DNA of 64,000 nucleotides from Myxococcota bacterium (lineage in GTDB: Bacteria; Myxococcota_A; UBA796; UBA2385): NCBI GenBank assembly GCA_044344255.1, contig JBIJDH010000003.1, forward strand, positions 320,001 to 384,000, written 5' to 3'. The translations under genes and the position numbers were made by a program. The number at the start of each line of letters is the position of its first letter. Positions within the stretch are counted from its first letter, which is position 1. Of the stretch, positions 18,688-27,595 are shown one piece after another. The notes under the pieces were generated by a model. The model had not been told where the DNA came from. It was given only the letters and a program-made list of their open reading frames with translations, and did not search any database.

Positions 18688-18933
18688 CTACCAGGGCCGC
18701 TGGGAGCGTCGGATGTCTTGCGGCGGCGAGCGCGGCGGGCACCAGAAGGTCTTGGCGTTGGGCTCACCGAGGCTGCGATCGAGCAGCTGGCGGCCGGTCG
18801 CCTTCATGAACAGCGCCACCGGCATCACCGCCGTCCAGTAGACGAAGGACATCAAGGTCCAGCTGATCGCGGCGTTGATACCGTGGACGCCCTTCTTCCA
18901 GGTGCGCCAGATGGTCTTCAAGATGGCGAGCAT
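18688..18933 (-). CDS. Short SxtJ-like membrane protein
   Basis: W..W......G.I...LM..VYW....PVAL.MK..GR.LL......TFW...QRPW resembles the SxtJ C-terminal half. Confidence 0.7.
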   Translation of the reverse strand: MLAILKTIWRTWKKGVHGINAAISWTLMSFVYWTAVMPVALFMKATGRQLLDRSLGEPNAKTFWCPPRSPPQDIRRSQRPW

Positions 18934-19032
18934 GGGCGGCTGTCCTCACGCGCAAGCTATCGGCTGCGGGCCGCCTGGGGAAGGGGCTGACCGGCCTCTC
19001 TCCCGGGCGACCCCACCCCAGGCGCGCCGGGA

Positions 19033-21237
19033 TCAGGGGGCTGGCGGGGTCGCCGCTGCCGGTGCCTCGGTCATCACCGCGGCCCCCGGCAGCGTGATGG
19101 TGCCGTTGTGGTGCAGCCAGGCGATGAGGGCGGCGCCGAGCGCGAGGAGCAGGAGGACGAGCATGGCCGTCCGACCGCCCGAGCTGGGGGCCGCGAAGGG
19201 GTCCTCGAGGTCGGTCTCGGAGCCCTCGGGCATGGTCGCGATCCGGGTGAGGGAGCGGCCGAAGGGGATGTTGATGCGGGCCTGGGCGTTGACCGCCCAG
19301 CCGTCGGCGTCGAGGATCGGTCCGATGTTCCGGCGGCGGAGCTTGAGCGCGGCGATGAGCATCGAGGGGCCGGAGATGCAGAGGACGAGCCCCAGGATCC
19401 CGAGCGGCATCCAGATGCCGAGGCCAAAGAAGGCCTGGAGGAGGGCCCCGAGCGCCGCGGTGACGCCGCCCACGGCGACGCCCAGGGCCGCGATCACGCC
19501 GACGTCGAGCGGCTTGTCGGCCGCCGGCGCGGCGTCGGCGGGCGCGGGGGCCTGATCGGCGTTCGCGGTGGCGGCGGCGGCGGCGGAGACCCGCGCCTGC
19601 GACTTGGCGTCGGCCTCGGCGGCGCGCTTGGAGATGAGCTCCTCGACCGCGCGCACGAACTTCTTGTAGGGCGACCAGAAAGCCTGGCGCACGCTGATCG
19701 GGTTGTCCACGATCTTGGTGATGGTCGCGTCGTAGTCGCGGCCGGCGCGGTCGTAGAAGATGCCGTTCCGGCCGACCATGAGGTTGTCGGACTCGCCGTC
19801 GGTGACCGCGGCGCAGACGGTGACCTTGCGGCCGTCACTCTTGCGGACGCAGTCGAGGTAGGCGAGGTAGGCGCCGGATTGACCGGCGAGGATCGCGTGC
19901 CGACCGGGGTCGGCCACCTGGGTCACGAGGTCGCAGCGGCGCTGGTCGAACCAGACGGTCCCAGCTTGGAAGATCGCGGAGCTTCGGCGCTCGTAAAAGT
20001 CGGCGAAGCTCACGAAGTTGCGTAGGAGCTGCCCGAGGTGCGCGGCGTAACGGAGCAGGCGCTCGAGCTCGACCTGAGCCTCTACCTGGGGCCGCTGGGC
20101 GGCGTCGGCCGCGCAGAGCTGGGTGAGGCGGGCCTCCAGCGCGCTGCCGAGCAGGGCCTTCAGGCGGGCCTCACCGAGGGCGGCCACGGGGCTCTGGGGC
20201 TCGGCGGCGCGCCAGGCGGCGAAGGGGGCGAGGCGGGCGCGCAGGGTCGCCCAGTCGGCGGCGCTGAGCTCCGTGCGGTCGCCGAGGAGGGGCCCGAGGG
20301 CCGCGGTGCGCAGGACCTCGACCCGATCGGCCCAGGCGGGGTTGATGCCCCCGTCGAGGGGCAGCCCGCGCCCGGAGGTGATGAGGGCGAGGGGGAGCGC
20401 CACGGAGGATGAGCTGGAGAGCTCGGTCGGGGCGAGTGCTCCGTAGGCGGCCTCGGCGGGCTGCAAGGTCTGGAGGGCGCGGGCGTCGAAGCGAGAGAGC
20501 CGCTCGCGGGCGAAGTAGTCCTCCACTTTGGTGGCGACCGCTTCGACGGCGGCGAGCGCGGCCGCGGTCCCCTCGGCGCCGAGCGGCAGGAGGGCCTCTC
20601 CTTCGGTGGAGGGGCGGGCGCGCTAGGCCACGATCTCGCGTGCGGCCTGGAAGAAGGCGGTCACCTTCTCGGCGTTCACGCCGTCGCGGCCCGCTCGGTC
20701 CTGCACGGCGCCGAGCGCGGCGATGATGTCGCCGATCGTCGCCACCAGCTCCGGCGCGCCCTCGCCCGAGGCGGCGACCCCCGCGTGGATGACGCCGTCC
20801 CCGGTGTAGGGCAGGCGGGTGAAGGCCTGGACGGGGTCGGCCAGATCGGCGAGCTCGAGCAAGGCCGAGGCCGGTCGCCCGAGGCTGGCGAGCGCGGCGG
20901 TCGCAGCCCCGCGCAGCGCCGCACCCGATACGGTGTCTTCGCGGAGGTCGGCGGCGCTCAGGCCCTTGGGCGCCTGGAAGATCACCGCCGGGTCTCGAAG
21001 ACGGGCGCAGACGAAGTCGACCGCGGCGAGGATCTCGGGCGCGCGCACTCGGCCGTCCTGGTCGAGGTCGATGAACGCCATCGTGCGCTCGTCCATGGCC
21101 GAGCCCTGGGCCGGGGCGGCCAGCGCGACCCAGAGCGTCTTGTCGAGGGTAGCGAGCTGACGGAGGTCATCGGCGGTGGAGAGGCGGACCTGGGTCATCC
21201 CACCCGCCGTAAAGAATCGCCAAGCATGAGCGGACAT
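19033..21237 (-). pseudogene. Conserved hypothetical protein of about 734 codons (EF-hand-like N-terminus, C-terminal TM hairpin) interrupted by one in-frame TAG at 20623-20625
   Basis: ORFs 20623..21237 and 19033..20526 share a frame. The bridge reads REIVA*RARPSTEGEALLPLGAEGTAAALAAVEAVATKVEDYFAR with no other stop. DLDQDGRVRAPE is EF-hand-like. Confidence 0.75.
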
Positions 21238-21347
21238 TGGGTGATCTCCTCCCGGTCGCTTGGCGCGCGGCGCCGTGTCGGGCCGGGGGTGGGTGAAAGG
21301 CGTGGGTTAACTGGAGGCGGAGGGGCGACGTGCGCCACCGGGGGAAG

Positions 21348-23678
21348 ATGACAGTCGAAGCTAAGGGCCCGACCGCCTCACCAGAGCCGCGAAGGGAGCT
21401 CCTCCTCGTCGGCGGGGGGCATAGCCACGTGCAGGTGCTCCGGCGCTTGGGGATGGCCCCCTTGCCCCGGTGCCGGGTCACGCTGGTCGTCGATCGGCCG
21501 GTGGCGGTCTACTCGGGGATGGTCCCTGGCTTCGTCGCTGGGGAGTACCCTGCATCGGCGCTGGAGATCGACCTTCGACCCTTGGCTCGTCGGGCCGGGG
21601 TGCGGTTGGTAGTCGCCGCGGCCGAACGCCTCGATCTCGCGGCGCGCGCCCTCCACGTGGCAGACCGGCCGCCGATCCCCTTCGACCTCGTCAGCCTGAA
21701 CATCGGCTCCGAGGTCGCAGGGGCGGGGCTGCCCGGCGTTCGACAGCACGCCTACCTCACGCGGCCGATTGGGGAATTCGTGGCCTCGATTAACGCGCCC
21801 CTGGAGGGGCTGCGGGCGCGGGGCGGCCCCGTTCGCCTGCTCGTCGTGGGCGCGGGCGCGGGCGGCGTGGAGCTCGCTTTCTGCATGCAGGCCCGCATGA
21901 AGGCGCTCGGCGTCGCGGAGGTCGAGGTCACCTTGGTGAGCCGGACGCCGGAGCCCTTGCCCGGCGCCACGCCGGCGATGGTGCGGGCGGTGAAGTCGGC
22001 CGCTCAGGGGCGCGGTGTGCGCCTCGTCGGCGGGGTGGGTGTGCGTGCGGTCGAGGCCGGCCAGGCCCTCCTCGAGGAGGGTGGAGCGCTGCCCTTCGAC
22101 CTGCTTGTGTGGGTCACTGGCGCGGTGGCCTCCCCCTTCTTTCGGGAGTCGGGCCTGCCCACCGATCCTCGCGGCTTCGTGCGCGTGCGAGACACCCTCG
22201 AGGTGGTGGGCGTGGACGGCGTCTTCGCCGTGGGAGACTGCGCGGTGCCCGATGGCTGGCCGCAAATCCCCAAGGCGGGCGTCTACGCCGTACGGCAGGG
22301 GCCGGTCCTCGACCACAACCTCCGAGCCCGGCTGGCGGGGCAGTCGCTGCGACCCTACCGGCCTCAACGCGACTTCCTCGCCCTCCTCAACCTCGGCGAT
22401 GGCACCGCGATCGGCGGGCGCTCGGGCCTCGCGGGGCGAGGTCGTTGGCTCCTCCAGTGGAAGCGGTGGATCGACCAACGCTTCATGGACCGCTTCCAAG
22501 CGCTCTGCCCGGATGGCGCGCCCTCCCCCCGCTTCGAAGGAGGCGACAGGGGGCTGGGCCGACCCATGGATGGGGAGCTGGGCGGGGAGATGATCTGCGG
22601 CGGCTGCGCGGCCAAGGTCGGAGCGGCCGAGCTCCACGAGGCCCTGGGTCGCCTCCCGCTCCGCCCGCCGGACGACAGCGTGCTGCTCGGCCTCGAGGCC
22701 CCCGATGACGTCGCGGTCCACCGCAGCCTCGGCGGAGACGCCATCGTCCAGTCGGTCGACCTCTTCACCGCCTTCACGGACGATCCCTTCCTGGTGGGGC
22801 AGGTCGCGGCGGAGAACGCGCTCTCCGACCTCTACGCCAAGGGGGCACAGCCCACGCACGCCCTCGCCCTCGTGACCCTCCCGCTGGACGAGCCGCGCCG
22901 CGCGGAGCTGCTCTTCCAGGTCCTCTCCGGCGTCCGGAGGGCGCTCGACGCGGCCTCGGTCTCGCTCATCGGTGGCCACAGCACCCTCGGTGAGACGCTC
23001 ACCGTCGGGCTCTCGGTGACGGGGCGCATGTCGGGCCCTCTGTACCCGAAGGGGGGGCTCCAGACCGGCGATCGGCTGATCCTCACGCGGGCCCTGGGTA
23101 CGGGGGTGCTCTGGCACGCCGATCAGGCCGGTCGGGCCGGCGGTCGGGCTGTCGGGGCGGCGATCGCGGGGATGGTGCGCGGGAACCGACAGACGGCGGA
23201 GCACCTCGCCGGCCACCCGGTCACCGGCGTCACCGACGTCACCGGCTTCGGTCTGGCCGGGCACCTCGGTGAGATGGTGCGGGCCAGCGGGCGCTCCGCC
23301 CTCGTGTGGCTTGATCGCCTCCCGGCGATCGACAGCGTCGAGGTCCTCCTGAAGCTCGGTGAGCGAAGTACCTTTCACACACAGAATCGGAGCATCGTCC
23401 GCGCGATATCCGTCCCGCCGGAGCTCATTGGACACCCGCGCCTCGAGCTGCTCTTTGACCCTCAGACCGCAGGGGGGCTGCTGATCGGGATCCACCCGCG
23501 GGGGGTCACGCCGCTCCTGGACGCCTTACACAGGGCCGGCGAGCGCGACGCCGCCGAGGTGGGCGAGGTCACGGAGGCGCGGGTCGACGGCGCCCTCTTT
23601 GCTCTGGCGCAGGGTCCTCGCGGGGACAACGGGAATTCGCGGTCTCTCCTTCGACCTCAGGCGCCAACCGTGATATGA
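21348..23678 (+). CDS. selD: Selenide, water dikinase fused to an N-terminal pyridine nucleotide-disulfide oxidoreductase
   Basis: LVGGGHSH, YSGMVPG, VVGAGAGGVE, FAVGDC, then CGGCAAKV, DDVAV, QSVDLF, ENALSDLYA, GGHS, TDVTGFGLAGHLGEM, DPQTAGGLL. Confidence 0.95.
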   Translation: MTVEAKGPTASPEPRRELLLVGGGHSHVQVLRRLGMAPLPRCRVTLVVDRPVAVYSGMVPGFVAGEYPASALEIDLRPLARRAGVRLVVAAAERLDLAARALHVADRPPIPFDLVSLNIGSEVAGAGLPGVRQHAYLTRPIGEFVASINAPLEGLRARGGPVRLLVVGAGAGGVELAFCMQARMKALGVAEVEVTLVSRTPEPLPGATPAMVRAVKSAAQGRGVRLVGGVGVRAVEAGQALLEEGGALPFDLLVWVTGAVASPFFRESGLPTDPRGFVRVRDTLEVVGVDGVFAVGDCAVPDGWPQIPKAGVYAVRQGPVLDHNLRARLAGQSLRPYRPQRDFLALLNLGDGTAIGGRSGLAGRGRWLLQWKRWIDQRFMDRFQALCPDGAPSPRFEGGDRGLGRPMDGELGGEMICGGCAAKVGAAELHEALGRLPLRPPDDSVLLGLEAPDDVAVHRSLGGDAIVQSVDLFTAFTDDPFLVGQVAAENALSDLYAKGAQPTHALALVTLPLDEPRRAELLFQVLSGVRRALDAASVSLIGGHSTLGETLTVGLSVTGRMSGPLYPKGGLQTGDRLILTRALGTGVLWHADQAGRAGGRAVGAAIAGMVRGNRQTAEHLAGHPVTGVTDVTGFGLAGHLGEMVRASGRSALVWLDRLPAIDSVEVLLKLGERSTFHTQNRSIVRAISVPPELIGHPRLELLFDPQTAGGLLIGIHPRGVTPLLDALHRAGERDAAEVGEVTEARVDGALFALAQGPRGDNGNSRSLLRPQAPTVI

Positions 23679-23781
23679 CGGGGGAGCCACGCGATGTCCG
23701 TGTGGGGGTCGTTGTGTCCGGTTCTCGACCAGCAATCCATAATTCAAGCAAGAATTCTTCTTTCAAGAGCGAGTAGAGATC

Positions 23782-24672
23782 ATGGGCAACAAGCTGTTCG
23801 TCGGTGGTCTGGCGTGGGCCGCGGACGGGAGCACCCTTCGGGAAGCCTTCGAGCGCTTCGGTACGGTGACGGACGCAGCGGTCATCACCGATCGAGAGAC
23901 GGGGCGGTCCCGCGGGTTCGGGTTCGTGTCCTTCGCCAACGACGAGGATGCCACGGCGGCTGTTCAGGCCATGGACGGGGCAGAGGTCTCAGGTCGGCGG
24001 ATCACGGTTCGGGAGGCCCAGGATCGGGGACCTCGTCCGGGTGGCCCGGGTGGGCCCGGCGGTCCCGGTGGCTACGGCGGCGGTCAGGGTGGATACGGAG
24101 CGGGCCAGGGTGGATACGGCCCAGGGCCGGGTGGTCCGGGTGGTCCGGGTGGCCCCGGCGGTCCGGGCGGCTTCGGTGGTGATCGTCGCCCTCCCCCGCG
24201 ACGCGACGGCCCCGGTGGTCCCCCGCGTCCCTATGACGGCCCTCCTCGCGGCTTTGACGGTCCGCCGCGCCCCTACGGCGAACGCCGCGACGGCCCCCCC
24301 GGAGGTCCGCCTCGCGGTCCGGGTGGCCCGGGCGGCGGCGGCGGCTGGTCGGATGATCGTCGCGGCCCCGGCGGCCCCGGCGGCCCGGGTGGTCCTCCCC
24401 GCCCCGCGGGCGGCGGCTACGGCGGTGGTGGTGGTGGCGGCGGTGGCGGTGGCTACGACAGCGGCCCGCCCCGACGCAGCTTCGGCGACAGCCCCCGCCC
24501 CATGGGTGGCCCCCCCCGCGGTGGTCCCGGTGGCCGCCCCGGCACTTGGCCGGCCGCGCCGGTCGAAGGCGAGGGGGGCTGGCAAGAGGATCGCCCCCGC
24601 CGTCGCCCCGACGCCAAGGTGAAGGATCGCCGCCGCCGGGATGATGACTTCGAGGACGGCGAGGACTGGTAG
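23782..24672 (+). CDS. RRM RNA-binding protein with a Gly/Pro/Arg/Tyr low-complexity tail of about 215 aa
   Basis: RNP2 LFVGGL and RNP1 RGFGFVSF, followed by GGPGGPGG, GGYG and DGPPR repeats. Confidence 0.93.
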   Translation: MGNKLFVGGLAWAADGSTLREAFERFGTVTDAAVITDRETGRSRGFGFVSFANDEDATAAVQAMDGAEVSGRRITVREAQDRGPRPGGPGGPGGPGGYGGGQGGYGAGQGGYGPGPGGPGGPGGPGGPGGFGGDRRPPPRRDGPGGPPRPYDGPPRGFDGPPRPYGERRDGPPGGPPRGPGGPGGGGGWSDDRRGPGGPGGPGGPPRPAGGGYGGGGGGGGGGGYDSGPPRRSFGDSPRPMGGPPRGGPGGRPGTWPAAPVEGEGGWQEDRPRRRPDAKVKDRRRRDDDFEDGEDW

Positions 24673-24699
24673 CCCACGTCGCGCGTGACGGGTGTAGGT

Positions 24700-24736
24700 G
24701 CGGGGCCGCTCCTCCGGATTCGGAGGGCGGCCCCGC
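24700..24736. terminator. Strong hairpin between the convergent RRM and pseudokinase genes
   Basis: GCGGGGCCGC-t-CCTCCG-gatt-CGGAGG-GCGGCCCCGC. Confidence 0.6.
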
Positions 24737-24781
24737 CGCCGTACTGGACGAGGCCTTCCAGCGTCGGACCAACCCCTCGGC

Positions 24782-25978
24782 TCAGGCCCCGCGTCGGGCC
24801 GCGACCGCTTGTAGGCTGTGGGCGCTGAGGAGGGCGCTGGAGCGGAGCCGCGTCATCGCCGACAGCCATCGTACGAGGCGCTCGGCGTCGAGCTCGGTCC
24901 CGCCCAGGCGGCGCTGGTGTTCGTCGCGGCGGAGCTCGTCGCCGCCGCCGCGGGTGGCCCAGGCGCGGAGGAGGGCGCGGGCGCCGGCGGGCTCGAGGCC
25001 TCGCTCCTCGCTGTAGAGGAGGGGGAGCCTGTCGGCCTCTGTGTTGTCGGCGGGACCACCCCAGACCGAGCGCCCGTCGCTGTGGGCGAGGCTGAGGACA
25101 CCGTCCCGCCCGGCGCGGAGGCAGACCTTCGCGCGCGGCGGCGGTAGGGCGCGGCGCAGGCTGTTGATGGCCCGGCTCAGCCGGGCGCGCCCGTCCGTCG
25201 AGGCGAGGCGAGCGCCAGCCAGGGAGAGGTGGTGGCGGGCCTCGAGCAGCGAGCTGTGCAGCGCCCGGCGGAGGAGGCGAGCGGCGTCGATCGCGGAGGG
25301 GGGCGGCGTGGCGGCCCAGGCCGAGGCGAGCTCGGAGAGGGGGTGGTCGCCCTCGGGATCGAAGCGCGCGCCGAGGCGACCGAGGGCGCGGAGGGCGTCC
25401 GGCCCGGCGAGGGGGGCCGCGAAGGGGTCGAGCCAGGCGAGTCGAAAGCGGCGCCCGTCGAGGAAGAGGGTGGCGCCGAGCGGGCCGGAGACCCCGAGGC
25501 CGGCGCGCTGCAGCTCGGAGAGGGCGAGCACGCCGTCCCCGAGCAGGTGGGCCAGCACGCTCCAATCGAGGGGGCCTCCTGGGTGAAGGAGGTCGAGGGC
25601 CGAAGGGCCGGGGCGCGTCACCCAAAGGTAAGGGCGCTCCTCCGCGTCGGCGCGAGACGGCAGGAGCAGGGCGGCGGAGTCGAGCGGGGGAAACGGTCGG
25701 GTGAAGCGTCGGCGGATGACGGGGTCGCGGGCCCAGCGGCTGCGCAAGACGCGCAGCAGGACGGCTTGACCGCGCTCCGTGTCGGTAGCCTCGAGGGTGA
25801 GGCCGATCTCGTCCACGGCGAGGAGCCGGCCACAGCGGTGCCGACCGAGCTGCGGTGGGACATCGGCCTCGGCGAGCTCGAGGTCCCGCAGGCGGAGCAG
25901 GGCGAGGTCGTCCGTGGCGGCGGCCCGGGCCGCGCTCAGGCCTTCGAGGTCGAGGGGCTCGTCTTCGTCACGGTTCAC
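24782..25978 (-). CDS. Degenerate Hanks-type kinase-fold protein (pseudokinase) with an unknown C-terminal region
   Basis: QLGRHRCGRLL...LEATDTERGQAVLLRVLR...DPVIRRRF follows the kinase N-lobe pattern. The Gly loop, catalytic Lys, HRD and DFG are all absent. Confidence 0.6.
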   Translation of the reverse strand: MNRDEDEPLDLEGLSAARAAATDDLALLRLRDLELAEADVPPQLGRHRCGRLLAVDEIGLTLEATDTERGQAVLLRVLRSRWARDPVIRRRFTRPFPPLDSAALLLPSRADAEERPYLWVTRPGPSALDLLHPGGPLDWSVLAHLLGDGVLALSELQRAGLGVSGPLGATLFLDGRRFRLAWLDPFAAPLAGPDALRALGRLGARFDPEGDHPLSELASAWAATPPPSAIDAARLLRRALHSSLLEARHHLSLAGARLASTDGRARLSRAINSLRRALPPPRAKVCLRAGRDGVLSLAHSDGRSVWGGPADNTEADRLPLLYSEERGLEPAGARALLRAWATRGGGDELRRDEHQRRLGGTELDAERLVRWLSAMTRLRSSALLSAHSLQAVAARRGA

Positions 25979-25987
25979 GCCTGCATC

Positions 25988-27589
25988 CTACCTTCGGCGG
26001 AGGCGCCGAGCGACCAGACCGAGCACGAGGGTGACCTCGGGGATGCGGAAGAGCAGGCAGGCCCCGAGGTAGCTCAGCCCGCCGACCAGGCCGTAGAGCC
26101 CGCCTCGCACCAGCGGCAGCTCGAAGCCCACCAGGGCCCGGGCCCCGAGGCCGGCGCCGATCCCGATCGCGGTCGCCGGTAGGGCGCGGAAGAAGAAGGC
26201 GCCGTATCCATCGGGCTCTCCGGGGAAGAGCAAGCGAAGCGTCCCGATCAGGCTGAGCGTGTACACGGTGATCGCGACGGAAGAGGCGGCCGCGAGGCCG
26301 ATGATGCCCTCGCGCTGACCGAGGTAGGCGTAGAGCGGGAAGGTGACCAGCACCACCCCCGTCCCCATGAGGGTGGGCTGCCAGGTGCGACCGTGGAGGT
26401 AGAAGCCGCGCGCCAGCACCGACTGCGCCGACCACGCCCACAGGCCGAGGCAGAAGATGCCGAGCACCACGCCGATGTGGGAGTACTCATGAGGGCTGAT
26501 CCGCCCGCCGTAGATCACCCGCGCGATCTCCGGCCCTGACACGGTCATCACCACCTGGGCGCCGAGGGCCAGCACGAGCATGCCGCGCACGGAGGCGGAG
26601 AGGGTTCGAAAAGCCTCCGCAGCGCGGCCCTCCCCCATCATGCGGGAGAGGGTGGGGTAGGCCGCGACCCCGGTCGCGATGCCGAAGATGCCCATCGGCA
26701 CCTTCATCAGCGTCTTGGCGTAGCCGAGGGAGGCGATCGCGCCCGCTCCGAGGAGCGAGCCCTGGCGGCGGAGCAGCCAGTCATCGACGACCACGATCGA
26801 CAGGCCCAGCATGATCGGCAGGGAGCGGAGGAACCAACGGCGGAGGTCGGGGTTGGAGAGGTTCAGGCCGGGGCGCCAGCGGAGCCCGAGGCGCAGGTTG
26901 CCGTAGAGGGGCATGCCGAAGGGGCCGATCAGAGCGCCGGCCAGCACCCCCCAAGCGAAGCCGATCGCGCTCTGGCCGATGAGGCCGCCGAGCACGATGC
27001 AGACCGCGTAGACCAGGCTGGAGGTCGCGGCGAGGCCGTGGCGGTCGCGGGCCTGGAGGGCCGCGCTCAGCACCGCGCCCAGGATGTGAAAGACCTGGGC
27101 GGGCAGGAGGATGCGGATGAGGTGCACCAGGAGCAGGTTCTGAGCGTCGTCGAAGCCAGGCGCCAGCAGGCCTGTGAGCTGCGGGGCCGCGACCCAGAGC
27201 GTGGGGATCAGCACCACCAACAGGGCGACCAGCGTGTTGAAGATGGCCGAGAAGGCCCCCCAGGCGCGCTCGTCGTCCTCCTGGGCGAGGTGCCCGGCGA
27301 AGATGGGGATGAAGACGAGCGAGATCGCGCCGCCCGCCAGCGCGTAGTTGACGAAGTCACCGAGGTTGAAGGCGGTCAGGTAGACGTCGGCGTCGCCTGA
27401 GGTCCCGAGGATGCGACCGAGCACCCCCTCGCGGATGATGCCGATCACGCGGGAGAGGAGGATGGAGGCGCCCCAGATGAGGGAGGCCACACGGAGGGCC
27501 CGACCCGGGCTGGGGGGCACCGCAGGTGCCGGGGCTTGGGGCGGTGGGGAGCCAGGCGAAGGGGAGCCAGGCGAAGGGGAGGCGGTCAT
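25988..27589 (-). CDS. murJ: Lipid II flippase MurJ (MviN)
   Basis: LSRVIGIIRE, ADVYLTAF, GGAISLVFIP, LAPGF, LGYAKTLMKVPMGIFG and RGFY, with about 14 TM helices. Confidence 0.92.
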   Translation of the reverse strand: MTASPSPGSPSPGSPPPQAPAPAVPPSPGRALRVASLIWGASILLSRVIGIIREGVLGRILGTSGDADVYLTAFNLGDFVNYALAGGAISLVFIPIFAGHLAQEDDERAWGAFSAIFNTLVALLVVLIPTLWVAAPQLTGLLAPGFDDAQNLLLVHLIRILLPAQVFHILGAVLSAALQARDRHGLAATSSLVYAVCIVLGGLIGQSAIGFAWGVLAGALIGPFGMPLYGNLRLGLRWRPGLNLSNPDLRRWFLRSLPIMLGLSIVVVDDWLLRRQGSLLGAGAIASLGYAKTLMKVPMGIFGIATGVAAYPTLSRMMGEGRAAEAFRTLSASVRGMLVLALGAQVVMTVSGPEIARVIYGGRISPHEYSHIGVVLGIFCLGLWAWSAQSVLARGFYLHGRTWQPTLMGTGVVLVTFPLYAYLGQREGIIGLAAASSVAITVYTLSLIGTLRLLFPGEPDGYGAFFFRALPATAIGIGAGLGARALVGFELPLVRGGLYGLVGGLSYLGACLLFRIPEVTLVLGLVARRLRRR

Positions 27590-27595
27590 CGGCCC

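Noticed and set aside
951..18933. Saxitoxin-like cluster (Rieske, GDSL, SxtJ, SxtK)
   Set aside because: No sxtA, amidinotransferase or carbamoyltransferase. The genes are scattered over 18 kb and belong to widespread families.
20623..20625. Pyrrolysine decoding of the amber codon
   Set aside because: No pyl genes in the window, the protein is not a methylamine methyltransferase, and TAG is used as a normal stop in other genes here.
22590..22620. Selenocysteine in the SelD active site
   Set aside because: Both residues of CGGC are encoded by TGC.
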